Origin: Paraspadella gotoi | Lineage: Eukaryota; Animalia; Chaetognatha | Reading direction: 5' to 3' | DNA: 64,000 bases | Assembly (NCBI GenBank): GCA_051294375.1 | Contig: CM119267.1 | Coordinates: forward strand, 24,439,783-24,503,782 | Shown here: piece by piece, positions 51,606-64,000 of the stretch | Position numbering within the stretch: the first letter of the stretch is position 1 | How the letters are laid out: every line of letters starts with the position of its first letter | Program-made: the position numbers and the translations under genes | The notes under the pieces: generated by a model | The model's input: the letters and a program-made list of their open reading frames with translations, nothing else | Databases searched by the model: none | Told to the model about the DNA's origin: nothing

Positions 51606-54073
51606 CTGCGCGAGCGGCGCTTGACTATCGGTGCCATAGATGTAACTGGGACCAACGCCGGAACCGACGCCGGGACCAGGACCGGCGCCGGAAACGACGC
51701 CGGCGACTGGAACTGGATCGTGACATGGAAGAAGGACACCGCCGACGGAAACGCGCCGGTAATCGTCGCGCGGGGAGGCGCCGCCGCCGACGCTGGGACG
51801 AAACACGCCCGCGGCGCTGTCCGCCGCCGTCCAAGCACCGGCGTCGCTGCCGACGCCGCTGCTGCCGGGACTGCTGCTTCCGTAAAAGCCTCCTCTTCCT
51901 AATACGCCGCCGCCTCTTCCTCCTCCCCCTCCTCCTCCTCCTCCGTAAAAGGCGCCCTGACTCTGTCTCTGTACGAGCGGCGGCGGCGCCACGACTCCCG
52001 GCGTCGTCGATTGAGACTGAAAAATCGGCGTCGAATTTATATGCGACCGAAAGATCGAAATTAAATTTGAATGAGTTCGGAAATACAGACTTGGACTTTA
52101 CAAAAATATACGTATGCCTATAAGTTATATCGTATGTCATCATGCGAAGGTTACCGGAGGAGGATCTCTGGAGGACTTTATAATACTAACAAATCTAACA
52201 TAATTTTGTTTAAGTAATAGTAAGTGTAAAGGGGAAAGAAAACACTTTTTGATTTCAGGTTATGCTATGCATTATCAAGGAATTTCTGATATTTCAATTT
52301 GCAATAGCGAAAAGGTGGAAAGAGACAGGGAGTCCGCTACGCACTGAAGCAGTTTCGAATTTGTTTTTCTAATTTAAAAATTCTAACTTTCTTCGTTCAA
52401 ATCTTTACGAGATGCATTTTGGGAATAGAAACGACGACGACGACGACGTCAACTACAACAACAACAATGAATATCGGAAATCGTGCAACTGATATTATAG
52501 AGAAGAAGAGAGAGATTATAGAGGAGGAGTGAGAGATGTAGAGTGGGTTTGCAAAATTCTCTTCCGCATTTCTGAGAGAGTTCTGACCTATCTGAAAGCC
52601 ATTTGATTTATAGTATATCTCAAACGAATATACATCGTAATAGTAAAAAACGTAATAAAAAATAGATTAGTATGTATCATGTTTAGTAAAAAAAAACGGT
52701 GCGAATTAGTAGGGAAAGCGAAAGCGTGGTCGGTCAGTTCCTCTGCTGGCAGATGGCAAAAATCAGCGCCTCTCAGCTGGCATTCGACAGTGCCAGTAGA
52801 CGGCAAATATGTTTGGTGATAAATATTATCACCGGCGCCGTTTCGTACTTGAGGCTCCGACGCTGCCGACGCCGCCGATGCCGCCGGTGTAGTCGCACTT
52901 CGCTGAGTTGGCACCGAGACGCCGGGCGACGCTTTTACCGGTGCGTGAGCTGTCGGAGCTGCCGGTGTTGCCGGTGCAGCAACGTGACGAATCGGAGCTC
53001 TACCGGCGACTGAGTCGGTTTCTGGTTTTCCGTCCTTGTTTGTTTTGTTTGTTTTGTTTGTTTGTTTGTTTTGAATTTGATCGTTTTTTGTCGTCGTTGT
53101 TGTAATTTAGAGAGTTGTATTAAATGGCGAAAGTTTTAAAAGGAGGTGATTTAGTCATTTAGTTAAAAGAAAATATTAATACTTTATTTAACGAAATTTA
53201 ACGGATTAATTTTGTTTTTGCCAAAAACATTGAAAAACTCAAATGAGACTAAAGGAATTTAAGAATTGAAAAGTTTAAATTCGGAAGCTACTCTGATTGA
53301 ATTGGGGAATTTTAAAGACGAACATCTGTGGAATTAAGGAATTTGGGGCATATAACATTCACAAACTCACTTCTAAGAGGACTGTGATTTAACTCAAAGG
53401 ATAATTCTACAGGAAAACCCAGTCAAAGATTTCGTGCTTTGAACATAAACCATTTAAACATGTACAATTAAACAAACACAAATGAACATCTTTTTAAAAG
53501 ACAGTAATTTTAACAGAGAATTTTAACAAGAAATTTATGACAGAAAATAATAGAGAAAAAAAAAGTTATTAATAATATTATCAGAGGAAATTGTTTTTAA
53601 AATTTAACTCACCTCTGCATATCCTATTTGGACGGAAACTTTGTCCTAAAGAATGGAATGGGGGGAGAAATATATTTAAAATGAACATTTTATTGACATT
53701 CATAAGTTTTAAATCAATGTTTAAAAAAAAAGATGAGAAAGAAAATCGGCATAAAAACTAAAAATAAAAGAAGAAAAAAAAACAACATAAAGAAAAGAGA
53801 ACAATAAAAAACTTACGGGAAGGAGAATTGGTCCACCGGCCCAGGGTTTCGGGACCCGGTTAAAGTTCGTCTGTAATAAAAGAAAGAAAAATTAAATTAA
53901 TATATGATGAAAGATGAATTGAAGTATTTCCCAAGAATTGAAGTATTTCCCAAAATCTGCGTTACTAACCGCAATAAGCTGTTTTTACGGTAGCATGAGC
54001 CGCTTTTTACGTTAAAAGAAGAAGATCACTTAAGAATATATACTGCTATTTTGTATATAGTCCCGTATGAACC

Positions 54074-54156
<83 letters not shown>

Positions 54157-55233
54157 TCACCTACTGTACATAATATTCACAAAACAGCTTACACGTACTC
54201 GCTTTTAGCTCGAACGCATCAAAATTTACACGCAGTCAAAATTTTCTCTCGCATCCAAAATATCGCCGAAGGTCTTCGTTTGGATGAGAAGCAGAAAGAA
54301 AAAAAAATGGAAGAAATTTGAGAAATAATTAAAAAAATCAAAAAACAAATAACAAAAGATGAAAAAAAAATATTAAAAGAGAAGGTAGATAAGAAAATCA
54401 TTAAGTTCGCACAGTGGTTTCGTTGCTGAGTCACACTCGTTTAAAATCTTTTTTCTCAAATCTCCAATTTTTGAATAAATTCGTACAGAGATATCGAAGA
54501 TAATAAATATAAACGTTTAGCGGTAGCTTTTGCCCCTAAAAAATTCACAAATTTTTTACTGTATTAATTGAAGTTGTGGGCTCTTACATTCGCGTTTACA
54601 ATACATGCATCATCAGTAAAGTATTCGAATTGTTTCTCTCTCTTTTCTTATTTCGAATTTGTAGGCCGAAGGTCGTGAGCTTCGGTTTCGAGTTCATGAG
54701 CTAAAAGTTCGCGAGGTAAAAAATCTCCGTTGAAAAATCGAAGCGAAGGATAAAATCCAAAAAGTTTTATATCCGAAAAGTTTTTCTTTTTTTTTTTTGG
54801 CGAAGCGAAAACAGGGAGCGGCAGGGCATGGGGCAGGGAAGAGCATGGGCATTTAGCAGGGTCGGGCATTGTTAACGGTGTACAATTATCCGAGAATCCA
54901 AGAAAATAAAAATCTAGCGAATATGTTGTTGTTGTTGTTGTTATCTATTGCGGGATTTCGTTTCTTTGCTGGAGATTTTAATCCAAAAATTCGTTAAAAT
55001 CTCTTTTACGATGAACGTTTAATATTGGTAAAAATATAAAATTGTCAATTAAGTGATTAAGGTCACTTAATAAACTCAATCATGCAAACCCCAATCTGAA
55101 CTGTTTGCGTAAATCAAGCAAGCTTTCATTCGCCAGCGGACCATACAGCTCACAAAGCATTACAGCCAAGCAAACTTGTACAGTCGCGAAACACTTTCCG
55201 GCACATTGGCCCACTACTATGTACTCACGAAGG
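51606..55233 (-). CDS. 5' exons of the LIM gene, including microexons
   Basis: Phase-0 chain with canonical splice sites: MATTYTF (55233-55213), TNFNRVPKPWAGGPILLP (~53870-53817), DKVSVQIGYAE (~53646-53613). Further exons at ~53016-52848 (APIRHVAAP...) and ~52015-51606 (Gly-rich, ending SQAPLAQ, phase-compatible with the 43667 microexon). Confidence 0.55.
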
Positions 55234-56094
55234 TGTAAGTGGTCGCCATTTTGTTTTCCCCCGCCTCCGTCCACTCCTTTCCGCTTCGGTCTCTTTTTTT
55301 TTTCTTTCCACGAAACCGGGACCCCGAAGAAAAAAAGAGGGTCGGCCTCTTGCGGCGGGAGTCTGAGCCTCAGCCGCCGTGAACGTGATCAGCGAGTTGC
55401 GCGGGATGTGAGAGGCCGTGAGGAAAAACTCTCAGCTTGAAAAAGATCGAGAGAGAGTTTGATCATCATGAGTTTTTTTTGTTGTTTTTTTTGAAACGCG
55501 GAAAATGAAATGAAAACTGGTTAATATTTCTTTTTTTTTTAAAAATCATTAAACATTATAAGTGAAGATTATAGTTAAATAGTTGAAGTTTAATGAGGTT
55601 GATATTTTTTATGGTTAAAGATTACAAAAGAAAAATTTAAAAAAATGGTTGTAAAAAGTTGATAAATTATTTTGAAAATAACATTGACAAAAATGAATTA
55701 TTTATAAACAAGATTACTTGATTTACCCAATTTTTTTTCAGTGAAAAAAATATAGCGTACAATTTTATTAAACTACTAAGCTTTTGTTAATAAAAAAAAA
55801 TTTTACTTATAGTAATAAGTATTAAAAATTTTTCGTTCGGCCTCACAATCACGTCGACTCATCTTTGAATCAACTGCGCGTTGAACTTCGATCGCGACGA
55901 CGATGACGAAGAATAAGACGATGACGACGATAATAAAAAAAAAACGACGACGACGATGATGAAGAAGACGACGATGACGACGACGACATTTAAGGCGTCA
56001 ACAAAGATGACGACGACGACGTCAACTTCATCTAAACAACGAAGTTTTACAATGTTACTTTACCAAAGAAGGTACTTATAGGTATATAATTAAG

Positions 56095-60664
<4,570 letters not shown>

Positions 60665-60683
<19 letters not shown>

Positions 60684-60900
60684 GGAGGAAAGGGAGGAAG
60701 TGAGGGAGGAAAGGGAGGAAGTGAGGGAGGAAAGGGAGGAAGTGAAGGAGGAAAGGGAGGAAGTGAAGGAGGAAAGAGAGGAAGAGAAAGAGGAAAGGGA
60801 GTAAATGATGGAGGAAAGGGAGGAAGAGAAGGAGGAAAAGGAGGAATTGAGGGAGGAAAGGGAGGAAGTTAAGGAGGAAAGGGAGGAAGAGGAAGATAAG
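60665..60900. repeat. 21-bp purine minisatellite overlapping the PLB1 stop codon and 3'UTR
   Basis: GAGGAAAGGGAGGAAGTGA(A/G)G repeated about 11 times. Confidence 0.85.
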
Positions 60901-61557
60901 AGATAAGACGCGAAGAAATTGAAAAAAGTTTAGAAATATGAGTGGAGTAATATAATTTTTTGAATTTTGGAGATAAATAAAGAAAGACATATGAATGAAT
61001 TAATGATAATATAAAGTGTCAGCAACAATATGTTTACACATTTTTTTTTATTGATTTAAAAAGATGAGTTTCATACGACAGTCTCGCGAGAGATTTTATA
61101 GCGAATAGTAACACCTTAGTTTTAATTGGGTGTAAGTGTAACTTATTTACGACGGAGAGAAATTTTAGTGCAAGATCGTTCATTATTACATTTTTACAAG
61201 CTTGAGATCTGCAGTCGTTACATTGACAAGCGTTTGATTGCCAAGACTTAAAATAAAGATTTTGGTGAGATTTAAAGAAAAAACAAATAAAATAATTACA
61301 AAAATATTAAATGAAATTATTATCAAGAGTCATGTATTTTTATTCTGTCAAAAATTATATAAGTAGTAATTTGAAATAAAAATTTAAAAAAATTTTTTAG
61401 TTTATTTTTAAAATTTTTAAAATTCTTTTGGCGAGAAAATTAAAAAAATTCCATATGACATCGATGAGTCGAAAAAGAAGGCGATATTTTCGAAGAGAAA
61501 AAATCTTTACTAAATCAAACAAAGTAGAAAAAAAGGGGAAAAGGGAGAAAGAGATGA

Positions 61558-61607
<50 letters not shown>

Positions 61608-62486
61608 TGAGAGAGAGAGAGAGAATTTTCGTCAGGTGTCGCAAAATGTCAACGAAAAATCGGACGACGACGACGACGACGGTGAAAAAAAAAGAGAAAA
61701 AAACAAAAACTCGTTCACGATGACGAAGAAATTAAGAATGATGACGACGAAGACGACAACTCCTCCTCTTCCTCCTCCTCTTCCTCCTCCGCGGGAGGCG
61801 CTTCCTCGTATCTCCGTCTAAATCAAATTTCCTGAGAAAAAAAAAAAAGGAATTTGATACGAAAAATTAAAAGAAAAAAAAGAAAGAGAAAAGAAAAAGA
61901 AATTTTCTAATTTTGTCTCTCAAGACGAAGAATCAGCGGGAAATTAGGATCGAATCTCGAGTCCGGTTTTTTCCAACGAAAATCCGCGCAAATCGATCGC
62001 TCGATCTTGAGATCCAGAAAAATTTGAAACAAAATTGGAGAACGGCATATTTTTTTTTTTTTGAGATCGCGAGAAGTATTAATACATCGGTAAAATTTTA
62101 CTTTCGCCGACCAGGGTTTTGACGTTTTTTTTAAAAATCCCCTTAAAAATACTTATTTTTTAAAATAATGTACAAAAAGTATTACCTAATTACCCTAACC
62201 CAAACTACCCTTAAACCTAAACCACCCCTAAACTACCCTTAACCCCGCTAACCCCGGTCGTCAAAAGTAGAATTATGCCAATACGCGAATACAATTTAAT
62301 TGAGATAAAAAAAGAAACGAAGATTGTTTGATCGAATTTTAACTGAAAATTAGGATGAAAACTTTACGATGGGAAAAGATATTTGATCGGATTTCCATCA
62401 GTTTTCGGTGCTAATTTTATTTTGGTTTTTCTTGTTTCAAATTAACTTATTAAGAAAAAGGGTCATTCAATTCAACTTCAAAATAN

Positions 62487-62510
62487 NNNNNNNNNNNNNN
62501 NNNNNNNNNN
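62487..62510. other. Assembly gap
   Basis: Run of N. Confidence 0.99.
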
Positions 62511-63454
62511 GGCCAAATGGAGTACAAATTCAGAAAGCTGAGCTCCTGGCGGATTCCGAAAATGTATTCACTTTAAAACATTTGAGTGCATTCTACCCAT
62601 TTTATATCGGTTTTAATTATAATATAAAATAAAAGAAACCTATCTGAAAGTTGCAGGTCAAACGAAAAGGCCAATCCATCTGATATTTTTTATGAATCTT
62701 TTTATTACTGAATTAGAAAAATGTATAAGAGAGACATTTTTAAACTTTCAACTTGTATCCTGAAAATGAAACGTTTTTAAAACTTTAAATGCCCTGAATT
62801 CTTTTCTAACTGGAACGCCGTTTATCAAAAATGTCTCTCTATTGTACATTTTTTACAAAATGTTTTTTAAGATTGCTAATCAAGATTTTTTTAAATCTCA
62901 ATATTATTGCAGTCGTTTAGTGCTGCAACTCTTCAAATTCCAGTGTAGATTCATTGTAGGCTCGAAATTTTCTTTACCATCTATTTAACTGATAGATTTT
63001 GTTGCATGACTGGAAAACACAACAGAGTAACGAGATTTAATTGTTTAATTCTTCCCTTCTAAACTAACCGCATAACCCTTGTTTTTAACTTCTTACTAGA
63101 ATTTTTTTAACAAACAGATTGAAAAACAAATCTTTAAAAAATGTGCTTACCCCATTTAACTTAGACAATTTTGTTATTTTTACCGGATTTCAAAAAAAAA
63201 ATATTTAAAACACAATGTTGACATATAAATAAAATTCTTTTTTTTGGTATTACTGGTGATTCACGATGTATTTCTCGATGTTTTGCTCTAATAATCAATG
63301 ATTACGTAATTGTTGTATGCTGAATGACTTTCCTTTAAGGTCAAGTAGTCTTTTGACCCGTTTAACCATTTCTTGGGCCTCGAATTTTTTATTTTTTATA
63401 TTCTGGAATCTGAAAAAATTCCAGATACAGCAGAGGAGAGAGGAGGAGAGAGAG

Positions 63455-63516
<62 letters not shown>

Positions 63517-63919
63517 AGCGTTGGCTGACTTCATCCTTCTGTTGACTTTTATCGACTTCTCTTTAATATTTGTTTCATTGAGGAAAAATTCAATAATCAT
63601 CTTCTTTTAAGAGATTTTTTTCTAACATAAAATGCGTTCCAATTCTCTGGGCATTGGATCCGCGCATCCTGTTAAGTGTAAAACTAAACTAATGAATAGA
63701 ATTAAATAAACATATCAAAGTCAATCAACGAATATATTTATCAGATATAAATCCATAAATTACGAAATTTTATCGCTTATTAATCGCTTGATCCACCAAT
63801 TTATCACTTCTCCTCGCATTATCGATACATTATGCGATACATATTCCAAAACCTCCACGCCTCCACTGTTCGCGCGAGTTCGCCCTCATGTCTGGTTTAA
63901 CTCCCGCGGCCGACCCTTA

Positions 63920-64000
63920 CCGGCGTTGTCAGCTTCAACCCGTACTCCCCCAATTCTTCCTTCCATTTTGGATGCAACGGACTTTTTTGATGGTCCTGCG
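63920..64000 (-). CDS. Partial exon at the window edge
   Basis: GC-richer block ending at a CCG|GTAAGG donor. Two frames are open (AGPSKKSVASKMEGRIGGVRVEADNA or QDHQKSPLHPKWKEELGEYGLKLTTP). Confidence 0.4.

Overview
Eukaryotic (probably invertebrate animal) genomic DNA: AT-rich spliceosomal introns, mostly GC-rich exons, many (GA)n microsatellites and three N gaps. From left to right it holds a frameshifted LINE (gag-like ORF1 plus APE-RT ORF2) lying antisense in an intron of a minus-strand ORP5/ORP8-type oxysterol-binding protein gene; a two-exon C10orf88/PAAT-like gene; a long minus-strand Zasp/Enigma-type triple-LIM gene; and a plus-strand single-domain phospholipase B1-like GDSL lipase that may be nested inside the LIM gene. 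The most notable find is a miniature non-coding LTR retroelement (TRIM-like, 23410-24128) with a PBS, a PPT and a 4-bp TSD, plus a diverged solo LTR (7262-7516). The two LTR types share covarying hairpins, tRNA-like A/B boxes and an RAGT target. Also present are a MITE family filled with telomere-like repeats, a Helentron/DINE-like element, several minisatellites and a 2.7-kb tandem duplication that may be an assembly artefact. All calls were made by eye, and exon coordinates are approximate.
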